Part shown: piece after piece, positions 28,367 to 38,010 of the stretch
How positions within the stretch are numbered: position 1 is the stretch's first letter
How the letters are laid out: each line of letters begins with the position of its first letter
Origin: Calditrichota bacterium
GTDB lineage: Bacteria > CLD3
Direction of reading: 5' to 3'
DNA length: 64,000 nucleotides
Assembly: GCA_008501735.1 (NCBI GenBank)
Contig: QQUF01000033.1
Coordinates: 65,727 to 129,726 of the forward strand
The notes under the pieces: model-generated
Told to the model about the DNA's origin: nothing
Seen by the model: only the letters and a program-made list of their open reading frames with translations
The model's database searches: none
Translations under genes and position numbers: made by a program

Positions 28367-29161
28367 TTGGAACTAAAAATGAATAAAAAAAATACAACTT
28401 GGGACGCAAATCAATATTTGAAATTTGAAAACAAACGCCTTCGCCCAGCACTTGAGCTTTTAGACAGAATTCCTTTAAAATCACCTAAAAAAATTCTCGA
28501 CTTAGGTTGTGGAACTGGAAATGTTACAAAAATTATTTCCGAAAGATGGCAAAGTTCTAAAGTCATTGGTTTGGACAGTTCGCAGCAAATGTTGGAAAAA
28601 GCTCAAAAATTCTCAAGTGAAATAACTTGGCAACTTCAAGACATAAATTCTTGGAATCCTGATGAAACTTTCGATTTAATTTATTCCAATGCGACTTTGC
28701 ATTGGGTAAAAAACCACACTGAAATTTTCAGTCGTTTGCTTTCTAAAATCAATAAAAATGGCTTCTTAGCAATCCAAATGCCTTTAAATCAGAAAGCTCC
28801 TTCACACGCTCTAATGAGTAAAGTTTTAACAGAATTGAATTTTTGCAGTGAAGAATTTAGAGAAAATTTGTGGGCAAAAGCAGTTGAAGAACCTTCATTT
28901 TATTACGATTTATTAGCCCCGAAAGTCAAAATGATTGATATTTGGACAACAACTTACTATCAAATTATGGAAGGTGAAAATCCAATTTACGAATGGGTAA
29001 AATCAACTGGTTTGAGACCTGTTTTGAAAAATTTGACTGAAATGGAAAAAGAAATTTTTATTCCTGAATATCAGAAAAGACTTAGAATTGCTTACCCAAA
29101 ACAAAAAGACAGAAAAACAATTTTCCCTTTTACAAGGCTTTTCATTGTGGCACAAGTTTAA
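28367..29161 (+). CDS. tam: Trans-aconitate 2-methyltransferase-like class I SAM methyltransferase.
   Basis: The start is W(D)ANQYLKFENKRLRPALELL... The SAM motif is ILDLGCGTGNVT. The start may instead be at M5 (28379). Confidence 0.7.
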   Translation: MELKMNKKNTTWDANQYLKFENKRLRPALELLDRIPLKSPKKILDLGCGTGNVTKIISERWQSSKVIGLDSSQQMLEKAQKFSSEITWQLQDINSWNPDETFDLIYSNATLHWVKNHTEIFSRLLSKINKNGFLAIQMPLNQKAPSHALMSKVLTELNFCSEEFRENLWAKAVEEPSFYYDLLAPKVKMIDIWTTTYYQIMEGENPIYEWVKSTGLRPVLKNLTEMEKEIFIPEYQKRLRIAYPKQKDRKTIFPFTRLFIVAQV

Positions 29162-29163
29162 AC

Positions 29164-29195
29164 AAAAAAAGGACACAAAAACTTGTGTCCTTTTA
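29164..29195. terminator. Bidirectional rho-independent terminator between the convergent tam and dehydrogenase genes.
   Basis: aaaaaaa-GGACACAA-aaac-TTGTGTCC-tttt. Confidence 0.7.
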
Positions 29196-29216
29196 AAATC
29201 TTAAGAAAAATATTTT

Positions 29217-30278
29217 CTAATTATTTTTTACGAAATCCACTAAGAACTTGCCGACTTCTTTTGTCGTTAAATTTCCGCCTAAATCTTTTGTAACATTCTT
29301 TGTAGAAATTGCTTCGAGAACTGATTTTTCGGCAAGTAAAGAGGCTTCTTTGAAACCTAAGTAATCCAACATCATTTGCACTGTCATAACAGCTGCAAGT
29401 GGGTTTGCAATTCCTTTTCCAGCTATGTCAGGTGCACTTCCGTGAACAGGTTCAAAAAGTGAGACTTTGCCCGGATTTAAATTTCCTGAAGCAGCCATTC
29501 CCATTCCACCTTGCAATTGAGCGGCTAAATCTGTAATTATGTCACCAAAAAGGTTACAAGTTACAATGACTTCAAATTCTTCGGGAGCTCTAACCAAATT
29601 CATTACAATTGCATCAACGAATTGGTGAGAAATTTCCATTTCAGGGTATTCGGCAGCAACGTCCTTGAAAGTTCGCATCCACAAATCACCTTCAAATCGC
29701 ATCGCATTACCTTTGTCGCTCATACAAACTTTTGTCAAGTTATTGTTTTTTGCGTACTCAAATGCGTAACGAATGATTCTTTCAACACCTTTGCGAGTGT
29801 TAATACTTTCTTGTAAAGCAATTTCGTCTGGAGTTCCTTTTTTGAAAGATGCACCTGCGGAAACATAAATTCCCTCTGTGTTTTCACGACAGACAACAAA
29901 ATTAATGTCATCTTTTGTTTTGCCTTTTAAGGGGCAAAGGTTTTCATCGTAAACTTTTGAAGGTCTGAAATTCACAAAAAGGTCTAATTTGAACCTTAAA
30001 CCTAAAAGTATGTCTTTTGCGTGAACATTCGTTGGAACTCTCGAGTCTCCAAGTGCTCCAAGAAAAATCGCATCGTAATTTTGACGAAAGTTTTCAACCT
30101 CGTCATCAGGCAGAGTAATTCCTGTTTTTAGGTAATGCTCTGCACTGTAAGGAAAGTTGTCGATTTGGAAATCAAGGTTAAGTTTTGAACAAATCGCTTC
30201 TAAAACTTCAACTCCGACTTCGCAAACATCAACTCCAATTCCATCTCCTGGAATAACTGCTATTCGTTTTTTTGACAT
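29217..30278 (-). CDS. Isocitrate/isopropylmalate dehydrogenase-family enzyme, most similar to tartrate dehydrogenase / D-malate dehydrogenase (decarboxylating); 3-isopropylmalate dehydrogenase is also possible.
   Basis: Motifs: IAVIPGDGIG, NLFGDIITDLAAQLQGGMGMAASGNLNP, FEPVHGSAPDIAGKGIANP. Confidence 0.75.
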   Translation of the reverse strand: MSKKRIAVIPGDGIGVDVCEVGVEVLEAICSKLNLDFQIDNFPYSAEHYLKTGITLPDDEVENFRQNYDAIFLGALGDSRVPTNVHAKDILLGLRFKLDLFVNFRPSKVYDENLCPLKGKTKDDINFVVCRENTEGIYVSAGASFKKGTPDEIALQESINTRKGVERIIRYAFEYAKNNNLTKVCMSDKGNAMRFEGDLWMRTFKDVAAEYPEMEISHQFVDAIVMNLVRAPEEFEVIVTCNLFGDIITDLAAQLQGGMGMAASGNLNPGKVSLFEPVHGSAPDIAGKGIANPLAAVMTVQMMLDYLGFKEASLLAEKSVLEAISTKNVTKDLGGNLTTKEVGKFLVDFVKNN

Positions 30279-30286
30279 TAGAAAGA

Positions 30287-30643
30287 TTACCCTTTTCTAA
30301 AGGTATCTTTTTCTTTAATTCTTGCAGCTTTACCTCTAAGACTTCTTAAGTAGTAAAGTTTTGCTCTTCTAACACTTCCGCGAGTCAAAACATCAATGTG
30401 GTCGATAATTGGTGAATTTAAAGGAAAAATTCTTTCAACACCGATTCCATTTGAAATTTTTCTAACTGTAAAACATTCAGAAATTTGTGAGCCTTTTCTT
30501 GAAATCACAACTCCTTGAAATAACTGAACTCTTTCTTTGTTACCTTCCACGATTTTTACGTGAACAGCAACTGTATCTCCAGGGCTAAATTCTGGATGAT
30601 CCGTTCTAATTTGGTCTTGGTTGAGTGAATCAACTTTATTCAT
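30287..30643 (-). CDS. rplS: 50S ribosomal protein L19.
   Basis: 118 aa. Sequence ...[26 protein letters not shown]. Confidence 0.9.
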   Translation of the reverse strand: MNKVDSLNQDQIRTDHPEFSPGDTVAVHVKIVEGNKERVQLFQGVVISRKGSQISECFTVRKISNGIGVERIFPLNSPIIDHIDVLTRGSVRRAKLYYLRSLRGKAARIKEKDTFRKG

Positions 30644-30663
30644 TTTTATATCTCCTGTAATTT

Positions 30664-31344
30664 TTAATTTTCTAAAAGGTCTGGTCTATTTTTTTTAGTT
30701 ATTTCTAATGATTTTTTATTACGCCATTTTTTAATATTTTCGTGATGCCCTGAAAGTAAAACTTCTGGGACTTCAATGCCTTTGAAATTCGCAGGTCTTG
30801 TGTAATGTGGATAATCTAAAACTTCGTTTTCAAAAGAATCAGTGTTAGCCGAATCAATATTTCCAAGAACTCCTGGAACTAAACGAGTAACTGAATCAAC
30901 CAAAGTCAAAGCTGGAATTTCTCCACCTGTTAGAATAAAATCGCCTAAGGAAATTTCTTCATCAACAAGTTCGTCAATCACTCTTTGGTCAAGCCCTTTG
31001 TAATGCCCACAAAGAATTATCAGGTTTTCTTTTTCTTTAAGTTCACGCACTTTTTTCTGATTTAAAGGCTTTCCTGTTGGCGTAAAAAAAACTGTATGAA
31101 ATTTTGATTTAGAATTTTTCACTAAATTTTCATAACAGTTAAATATTGGTTCAGGTTTCAAAATCATTCCTGCTCCTCCACCAAAAGGGTAATCGTCAGC
31201 TGTGTTGTGCTTGTCAGTTGCAAAATCTCTGAAATTGTGAAGCTCGACTTTAACAATTTTTTTCTCAATCGCTTTTCCAACCACACTTGATTGCAAAGGT
31301 GAAGTGAAAAAATCTGGAAATAATGTCAAAATATGAAACTTCAT
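30664..31344 (-). CDS. trmD: tRNA (guanine37-N1)-methyltransferase.
   Basis: [13 protein letters not shown]...[12 protein letters not shown]...[12 protein letters not shown]. Confidence 0.9.
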   Translation of the reverse strand: MKFHILTLFPDFFTSPLQSSVVGKAIEKKIVKVELHNFRDFATDKHNTADDYPFGGGAGMILKPEPIFNCYENLVKNSKSKFHTVFFTPTGKPLNQKKVRELKEKENLIILCGHYKGLDQRVIDELVDEEISLGDFILTGGEIPALTLVDSVTRLVPGVLGNIDSANTDSFENEVLDYPHYTRPANFKGIEVPEVLLSGHHENIKKWRNKKSLEITKKNRPDLLEN

Positions 31345-31893
31345 CTAATCAATCATTCCGTCAATTGGTTTAACAACAAGTAATGAATCTTTTAGGTTAA
31401 TTGATTTAACAAATTCTTTTCGAGAAGGTATCAAAAATTCTTTTTTGTCTTCATCTCTTTTGATAACGTAAACATCAGATTCACCAACAGGAATTAAATC
31501 CGTAACTTTGCCAAGATAAAAACCACTTTCAGTTTCAACTCTTAACCCAATTAAATCAAAAACAAAAAACTCATCTTTTTCTAATTCGATAAGTTCAGTT
31601 TCTGAAATATTTAGGTAAGAACCAACCAAAGAATCTGAAGCATTTCTATCATTTATTCCATCAAGAACTAAAATTAAGCCATTTGATGAATAGCGAGTTT
31701 TTTTTAGTTTAATTTCCATTTTATTACCGTTTGGATATTCAAGAGTTACCTTTTCAAGTTTCTCAAATCTTTCAGGATAGCTTGTCAATGGAAGAACTTT
31801 AACTTCACCTTTGAGTCCGTGGCTTTTAGAAATTTTACCAATAGTTACAAGTTTTGCCAACTTTTTTCTTTTTGTCAAAATTTTAATGAGCAA
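31345..31893 (-). CDS. rimM: Ribosome maturation factor RimM.
   Basis: GKISKSHGLKGEVKV (PRC barrel). It lies in the conserved position between the KH gene and trmD. Confidence 0.85.
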   Translation of the reverse strand: MLIKILTKRKKLAKLVTIGKISKSHGLKGEVKVLPLTSYPERFEKLEKVTLEYPNGNKMEIKLKKTRYSSNGLILVLDGINDRNASDSLVGSYLNISETELIELEKDEFFVFDLIGLRVETESGFYLGKVTDLIPVGESDVYVIKRDEDKKEFLIPSRKEFVKSINLKDSLLVVKPIDGMID

Positions 31894-32000
31894 AATTTAG
31901 GGACTGTAAACATCTAAATAAAATTTATCCGAAGTTCACAATCCCTTAAAATAGTAAAAGGCGAAAAACACAAAAATTGCAAATTTCGCCTTAATAATTT

Positions 32001-32231
32001 TTATTCTAAAATTTCGAGAACAGCTCTTTTACCAGCCTTTGCTGAAGCTGCATTTAGAAGTGTGCGAACTGCGTGTGCTGTTTGCCCTCTTCTACCGATG
32101 ACTTTTCCTAAATCACCTTCACCAACTCGTAATTCGTAAACTACTGTTCTTTCGCCTTCAATCTCAGAAACACTTACTGAGTCCGGGTCATCTACTAAAT
32201 GTTTTACAATAAATTCTACAAAATCCGTCAT
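32001..32231 (-). CDS. KH-domain RNA-binding protein (YlqC/UPF0109 family), copy 2.
   Basis: 76 aa. [18 protein letters not shown]. Tandem paralog of 32268..32498. Confidence 0.85.
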   Translation of the reverse strand: MTDFVEFIVKHLVDDPDSVSVSEIEGERTVVYELRVGEGDLGKVIGRRGQTAHAVRTLLNAASAKAGKRAVLEILE

Positions 32232-32267
32232 CTTTTTTACCTCTAATTTTCTATTACTATAGTAAAG

Positions 32268-32498
32268 TTATTCTAGAATTTCCAAAACTGCTCTTCTTCC
32301 TGCTTTAGCCGAAGCTGCATTTAGAAGTGTACGAACTGCGTGTGCTGTTTGTCCTTTGCGACCGATGACTTTTCCTAAGTCACCTTCACCAACTCGTAAT
32401 TCATAAACTACTGTTCTTTCACCTTCAACTTCTGAAACACTTACTGCATCAGGGTCGTCAACAAGATGTTTTGCGATGAATTCAATAAAATTTTTCAT
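32268..32498 (-). CDS. KH-domain RNA-binding protein (YlqC/UPF0109 family), copy 1.
   Basis: 76 aa. It shares 64 of 76 residues (about 84%) with the downstream copy, and about 85% at nucleotide level. Confidence 0.85.
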   Translation of the reverse strand: MKNFIEFIAKHLVDDPDAVSVSEVEGERTVVYELRVGEGDLGKVIGRKGQTAHAVRTLLNAASAKAGRRAVLEILE

Positions 32499-32529
32499 TC
32501 GGAAATTACCTCCCGGGTTTTAGAAAAGA

Positions 32530-32961
32530 TTAATTTTCAGAAGTAGTTTCTGTATTTTCAGGTTCAGCTACAACTTCTTCTTTAGACGTATCTTTTGCTT
32601 TTGTCGCTTCTTTCTTTTCAGTTTTTGCGGCTTTCTTTGCTGCTTTTGCTTCTGACCATTTTTCCATTTCAGCAGCTACATCAGCTGGAGAAAGTCCTCT
32701 TTTAGTCAAAGCTCGTTTGTAAAGAATACCTTCAGCTTTTAATAAGTTAGAAACTGTATCAGTTGGGATTGCTCCGTTATCTAACCAATTAATTACTTTT
32801 TCTTCATCAATTTCAACAATCGGTGGATTATGAATTGGGTCGAAAGTTCCAACTCTTTCAATGTATCTACCATCTCTTTTCGCGCTATTTTCTGCGGCTA
32901 CGATTCTGTAAAAAGGTCTTTTTGTGCGTCCAAATCTTGCTAATCTAATTTTAACTGACAA
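32530..32961 (-). CDS. rpsP: 30S ribosomal protein S16 with a roughly 60-aa Lys/Ala/Glu-rich C-terminal extension.
   Basis: MSVKIRLARFGRTKRPFYRIVAA...; tail AAKKAAKTEKKEATKAKDTSKEEVVAEPENTETTSEN. Confidence 0.9.
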   Translation of the reverse strand: MSVKIRLARFGRTKRPFYRIVAAENSAKRDGRYIERVGTFDPIHNPPIVEIDEEKVINWLDNGAIPTDTVSNLLKAEGILYKRALTKRGLSPADVAAEMEKWSEAKAAKKAAKTEKKEATKAKDTSKEEVVAEPENTETTSEN

Positions 32962-33017
32962 TTTAGAATACCCTTGTTTTAATAGTTATTAATTAATTTA
33001 TTAAATGTTTTCATACT

Positions 33018-34376
33018 TTACAAGCCCGGAATTTTGGGCATTCCTGGAAGCCCTTTTGCCATTTTCATCAAACCTTTTTTGCCTTTAGACATTTTACCAA
33101 ATTGGTTCATCATCTTTTGCATCTGAGAAAATTGCTTTAAAAATTTATTTACTTCGTGTAAACTTGTTCCAGAACCTTTTGCTATTCTTTTTCTTCTACC
33201 ACCATTGAGGATTTTAGGTCTTGACTTCTCTTTATCGGTCATAGAACAAATTATAGCTTCGATTCTTTTGAATGAATCATCGTCAATTTTTGCGTCTTGA
33301 ATCATTGATTGATTCATTCCTGGCATCATTCCGACCAATTGATTCAAAGGTCCAAGTTTTTTTATCTGCTGTAATTGCTTATAAAAATCAGTAATTGTAA
33401 ATTCATTTTTGAGAATTTTTTCTTCTAATTCTTTAGCCTCATTTTCGGAAAAAGTTTCTTGGGCTCTTTCAACAAATGAAACGATGTCGCCCATTCCAAG
33501 AATTCTTGAGGCTAAACGGTCAGGGTGAAAAATCTCTAAATCAGTTGGTTTTTCACCAACACCAATGAATTTTATTGGTTTTCCTGTGATTGTGCGAATA
33601 GAAAGTGCTGCTCCACCTTTTGCATCACCGTCCATTTTTGTAAGAACAATTCCGTCGTAGTCAACTTGCTCCGAAAACTCTTTTGCACTGTTTACTGCGT
33701 CTTGTCCAGTCATTGCATCAACTACAAACAAAATCTCATTTGGATTTACAGAAGACTTTACTTCTTGCAACTCTGCCATAAGTTTTTCATCAATGTGCAA
33801 ACGACCTGCAGTATCAAGAATTACGTAATCAGCGTAATTGTCAACTGCGTATTTAACTGCATTTTTACAAATTTGAACTGCGTCTTTCGAGTCATCAGTA
33901 ACAACTGGAATTCCCATAGATTTGCCAAGAGTCTTAAGCTGGTCTTTTGCCGCAGGTCTGTAAACGTCTGCTCCGGCAAGAACTACACTTTTTTTCTCTT
34001 TCTTTAACTTGAGAGCTAATTTGCCACAAAAAGTCGTTTTTCCTGAACCTTGTAACCCGACAACCATTATTATTGTCAATGAACTTTTGTTTTCGTAAAT
34101 CGGAACGTATTCTTTGCCTAAAAGATCAACTAACTCGTCGTGAATAATTTTAATGATTAATTGTCCAGGCTTAATGGACTTGATTACTTCAGTGCCAACA
34201 GCTTTTTCACGAATTTTATCGATGAATTGCTTGGTAACTTTGAAGTTTACATCAGCTTCTAAAAAAGCCCTTCTAACCTCTCGAAGTGAGTCAGATATAT
34301 TTTCCTCAGACAATACTCCCTGACCGCGAAGATTGCGAAAAACCGATTCTAACTTGTCTTGTAACTGTCCGAACAT
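33018..34376 (-). CDS. ffh: Signal recognition particle protein Ffh.
   Basis: GLQGSGKTT, DTAGR. The Met-rich M-domain is ...GMMPGMNQSM... Confidence 0.95.
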   Translation of the reverse strand: MFGQLQDKLESVFRNLRGQGVLSEENISDSLREVRRAFLEADVNFKVTKQFIDKIREKAVGTEVIKSIKPGQLIIKIIHDELVDLLGKEYVPIYENKSSLTIIMVVGLQGSGKTTFCGKLALKLKKEKKSVVLAGADVYRPAAKDQLKTLGKSMGIPVVTDDSKDAVQICKNAVKYAVDNYADYVILDTAGRLHIDEKLMAELQEVKSSVNPNEILFVVDAMTGQDAVNSAKEFSEQVDYDGIVLTKMDGDAKGGAALSIRTITGKPIKFIGVGEKPTDLEIFHPDRLASRILGMGDIVSFVERAQETFSENEAKELEEKILKNEFTITDFYKQLQQIKKLGPLNQLVGMMPGMNQSMIQDAKIDDDSFKRIEAIICSMTDKEKSRPKILNGGRRKRIAKGSGTSLHEVNKFLKQFSQMQKMMNQFGKMSKGKKGLMKMAKGLPGMPKIPGL

Positions 34377-34460
34377 TAAAAATTACTCTAAAATTAAAGT
34401 TTGTCAATTTAACATTTGAAAATTAACAAAGCAAGAAATTAGTTTTAGTAAATTTTATTA

Positions 34461-34688
34461 TTATTTAACAGGGTCAAAACCACCATTACTAAAAGGATTA
34501 CACCTTAGAATTCGCCAAACCCCAAAACAAAAACCAATCACAAATCCTTTTTTCGTAAGGGATTGCAGAAAATACTCTGAGCAACTTGGGTGATATTTAC
34601 AACTCGCAGGGAACATTGGAGAAATTGCGAATTGGTAGAATTTGATTACCCAAACCAAAATGATTGTGAAAGGGTTTTTAATTTTCAT
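34461..34688 (-). CDS. yidD: Membrane protein insertion efficiency factor YidD.
   Basis: FYQFAISPMFPASCKYHPSCSEY...RCNPFSNGGFDPV. Confidence 0.85.
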   Translation of the reverse strand: MKIKNPFTIILVWVIKFYQFAISPMFPASCKYHPSCSEYFLQSLTKKGFVIGFCFGVWRILRCNPFSNGGFDPVK

Positions 34689-34772
34689 AGTTTTTATTGA
34701 TTGAAATTTTTAAGCGTTACGACGACTGAAAGTCATTGCATCGCCTTTCTACTGGCTTCTGACTTCTCTCCC

Positions 34773-35567
34773 TTAAAAATTCACCATTGACCAGTCGCTT
34801 GGCTCTTTTTTTACAAAATTTCCAACGCCAAATTTACAGGCTTCTGTGCTTCGACTTAAAGTATTAACAGTAGCTGCATATTGAAGTGCAGACTCTAATC
34901 CCATTCCATTGATTTTTGACATCATTTCTAAAGTGAATCTCATAGAAGTGCCACTTGAATTTTTGACTAATGAATTTGCTAATTGCTCTACTCTTTCATC
35001 AAGTTTTTCAAGCTCAACTGATTCATTTATTAAACGAATTTCTTTTGCATATTCAGCTGTTATTAATTTCCCCGTCAAAAAAAGGTCGAAAAGGTCTGTT
35101 TCTGAAACTCTTTGTTTTACAAAAAACATAATTTGAGCTGGAACAAAACCAATCTTGACTTCTGTAAATCCAAATTTTGCCTCATTTGAAGAAACAATTA
35201 AATGACAAGCAGAAGCAAGTCCTGCTCCTCCTGCAATTGCGTGACCATTTACTTTTGCGATTACAGGTTTCTTAAGGTTCCTGATTGTCAAAAATAAATT
35301 CATTAATGCTTCTGAATCGTTTTTGTTTTCAACTGTCGAGTTTTCAAGAATTGAATTTAGGACTTTTAAATCTGCTCCTGCACAAAAGACTTTTCCGACT
35401 CCAGAAATTACAATTACCTTAATCCTTGGGTCTTCCTCAGCACGATTCAATGCATCTGTGAGTTCTTCAACAATTTGAAAATTTAATGCGTTACCAACTT
35501 TCGGGCGATTTAAATAAAGATATGCAATCTTTCCATTTACGTCTTCAATTAGACTTTCAGAAATCAT
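34773..35567 (-). CDS. Enoyl-CoA hydratase/isomerase (crotonase) family protein.
   Basis: VISGVGKVFCAGADLK; VNGHAIAGGAGLASACHLIV; FGFTEVKIGFVP. Confidence 0.85.
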   Translation of the reverse strand: MISESLIEDVNGKIAYLYLNRPKVGNALNFQIVEELTDALNRAEEDPRIKVIVISGVGKVFCAGADLKVLNSILENSTVENKNDSEALMNLFLTIRNLKKPVIAKVNGHAIAGGAGLASACHLIVSSNEAKFGFTEVKIGFVPAQIMFFVKQRVSETDLFDLFLTGKLITAEYAKEIRLINESVELEKLDERVEQLANSLVKNSSGTSMRFTLEMMSKINGMGLESALQYAATVNTLSRSTEACKFGVGNFVKKEPSDWSMVNF

Positions 35568-35909
35568 TTAAAACTCCCTTTGAGCTTTAAAATTATTAGG
35601 AACTTCTATTTCCATTTGAAGGAGAGCTTGACCGTGAGTTTTACCTTGTGCATCAGTTTTCAAAGAAGCTGAACCTCCACCACCGAGCGAATCATTTAAA
35701 ATAAAATTTAGAGCTAACAAATTCGGAACTCTATATTTTTCAACTTCACCCAAACAAATTTTGTGGAAATGATTTTTCACTGTTTCTTCTGTAAGTTTCG
35801 AATCTAATATTTTATAAAATTCTTCGTTGTAAGCAATAACTCCAACATTTGAAGCTGCTCCTTTGTCTCCTGAACGAGCGTGAGCAATTTGTCCGACTTT
35901 TATTTTCAT
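35568..35909 (-). CDS. Small hypothetical protein, possibly DUF4387-like (an AtuA-associated family). Co-transcribed with the crotonase gene.
   Basis: 113 aa. IAHARSGDKGAASNVGVIAY resembles the ..RSKNAGPF..T.D.. core of DUF4387 as recalled from memory. Confidence 0.3.
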   Translation of the reverse strand: MKIKVGQIAHARSGDKGAASNVGVIAYNEEFYKILDSKLTEETVKNHFHKICLGEVEKYRVPNLLALNFILNDSLGGGGSASLKTDAQGKTHGQALLQMEIEVPNNFKAQREF

Positions 35910-35989
35910 TGTTAATCCTATAAGTTTTAAAGTTTGACAAATTTAATCAATTTTGGGGAATTAAACAAAAAATGAAAACTATTAGACAA

Positions 35990-36025
35990 AAAAAATGGAA
36001 TGTTTACAAAGGAAGTAAACATTCC
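35990..36025 (-). terminator. Rho-independent terminator on the minus strand (11-bp perfect stem followed by U8).
   Basis: aaaaaaaat-GGAATGTTTAC-aaaggaa-GTAAACATTCC. On the minus strand the hairpin is followed by TTTTTTTT. Confidence 0.55.
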
Positions 36026-36259
36026 AAACTGATTCTACCATTTGAAAGGAGGGAAATTTTTCGGTGGGTAATTAGATTGCTTCAAATCTAATGCCAAGAA
36101 AAACCCGTAACAAAAGGACTTTCAGCAACAGTAACAATTTTTTGAAAGGTAAAAAGACATCAATCCCTCAAGACACCAATCGACACAAATAACTATTTTT
36201 ATTCTATTTCTATAAATTATTGTAGCGTCTTTACCACAACAACAAGACTTGCATCAATG

Positions 36260-36913
36260 TTAGGAGCCTTTAACAATTTTACCAGAACCATTTACAGAAT
36301 TTGAAATATTAGTTGGATTCCCGTGATAGATAATTTTTCCACTTCCATTAATATCTGAATTTATGCTTCGTTCTGAACTGATTTCAACTTTTCCTGAACC
36401 GTTAATTTCAACATCAACATTTTCAGCTTTTAAGTTTTGACTTTCTACTTTCCCTGAACCATTAATTTCAACATCAAAATCTTTAGTCTTTCCGTTTGCA
36501 TAAATCTTACCTGAGCCATTCATCTCAACACTAAGTCTATCGTTCTGAAAATTATCAATTTCAATTTTACCCGAGCCATTCAATTCAACGTAATCAACTT
36601 CGTCAGAGCCAATTCTTACTTTGATAGTTTCTGTAGTCTGAACATTATTTTCCGTATAAATTCTCAAAACATCACCACGAACTTCTGAAATAATATGAGG
36701 CAAAATGTTTTCTTCCGCTTCAATTTCTAAAGTTTCATTTTTGGAATGTTCTATAAAAACTTTGAAAGAGCCATCAACAACAACTTTCTCAAAATTTGAA
36801 ACATTTCGTTTTTCGGCGACAACATTACCATTCCCTTTGATGTTTTTCGCAGAAGCACAAGCTGAGATTAAACCCAAAATCAGAAAAAAATTAATTAGAT
36901 TAAATTTTTTCAT
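36260..36913 (-). CDS. Lipoprotein with DUF2807 / GIN (head-domain-like) beta-solenoid repeats.
   Basis: Lipobox LISAC. Repeated NGSGK(I/V)E units occur about 7 times. Confidence 0.65.
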   Translation of the reverse strand: MKKFNLINFFLILGLISACASAKNIKGNGNVVAEKRNVSNFEKVVVDGSFKVFIEHSKNETLEIEAEENILPHIISEVRGDVLRIYTENNVQTTETIKVRIGSDEVDYVELNGSGKIEIDNFQNDRLSVEMNGSGKIYANGKTKDFDVEINGSGKVESQNLKAENVDVEINGSGKVEISSERSINSDINGSGKIIYHGNPTNISNSVNGSGKIVKGS

Positions 36914-37001
36914 TTTGTTACCTATAAATTTTGTTTAGAATTTCACTCTCTTACACTTTTATTTTTTAAAAGTTTCATTTCACTTAATTGAAAAACTAAG
37001 A

Positions 37002-38003
37002 ATGCAAAATATCTCTAAAACTATTCTTATCAATATTCTAATTTTGTTTGGATTCTTTTTTATCCTTGAGATTGGAGCAAGGTTTTACGCTTCATTTTTT
37101 GTTGAAGGAAAATCCTTTTTTAGGGAAAGCACTTTCGTTTCACCTTGGATAACAAGTAATGATTTCCCACCACCAAAAATTGACGAAAATGGGAAATACT
37201 ATTTTAGGCACAAAACTAAACCTACTCCAAAACAAAAGCCTGAAAATACTTTCAGAATTATTACAGTCGGAGGCTCAACAACTGCAAACGAAAGAGCTTT
37301 TTATTCGGATGAAGCAGACTACGCTATCGAGCTGGAAAAACTTCTGAGCCAAAATTCAAAAGGGAAAAATATTGAAGTTTTGAATGCTGGAGCTGATGCT
37401 TACTCAACTGCACAAAGTTTGATTAACATTCAATTTAGACTCTTAGAGTTTGAACCTGATTTGATAATTTTGATGCACAATGTAAACGACCGTTCAGTTA
37501 ATTATTTTGGGAAAGTTGTAGAGGGAGATTACTCAAATAAGTATTTGGAGGAAGTTTTTCTCAATCCTGAACTTCAAGTTGGTTACTCATTTTACGGTTT
37601 CATTTTCCAGTCAAGACTCTTGGCAAAATTCGGCCTTCCTGAACTTTTGGCAAGTAAAGGAAGCATTAATTACGATAACAATATTGAAGATGGGATTAGG
37701 ATTTTCAAAAGAAACCTAACTAGCATTTCTCAAATTTGTAAACAAAATGGTGTTGAATTAATACTTCTTTCACAACCGAATTCATTTAGCAAATTTTACT
37801 TTGAAGGAGAAAAAGAACAGATAATTCTTTACGACCAAATTATTAAAGAAGTCGCTGAAGCAAACGAAGTAATTTTTGTCGATATGTTTTCAGAAATGGG
37901 TCAAGACAAAGAATTATTTGTTGACCCTGTTCACTACTCTTTAAAAGGAATTCAAAAATTTGCTAAAATCTTGAGTGAAGAAATTTCTGCAAACCTTGAG
38001 TGA
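37002..38003 (+). CDS. SGNH/GDSL-family hydrolase with an N-terminal membrane anchor.
   Basis: ITVGGSTTANE (block I Ser), NAGADAYSTAQS, DPVHYS (block V). Confidence 0.65.
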   Translation: MQNISKTILINILILFGFFFILEIGARFYASFFVEGKSFFRESTFVSPWITSNDFPPPKIDENGKYYFRHKTKPTPKQKPENTFRIITVGGSTTANERAFYSDEADYAIELEKLLSQNSKGKNIEVLNAGADAYSTAQSLINIQFRLLEFEPDLIILMHNVNDRSVNYFGKVVEGDYSNKYLEEVFLNPELQVGYSFYGFIFQSRLLAKFGLPELLASKGSINYDNNIEDGIRIFKRNLTSISQICKQNGVELILLSQPNSFSKFYFEGEKEQIILYDQIIKEVAEANEVIFVDMFSEMGQDKELFVDPVHYSLKGIQKFAKILSEEISANLE

Positions 38004-38010
38004 CTTTTTT

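Noticed and set aside
36060-36100. 7-bp hairpin attagat-tgcttcaa-atctaat, considered as a terminator or ncRNA.
   Set aside because: The stem is short and AT-only, and there is no flanking U-tract on either strand.
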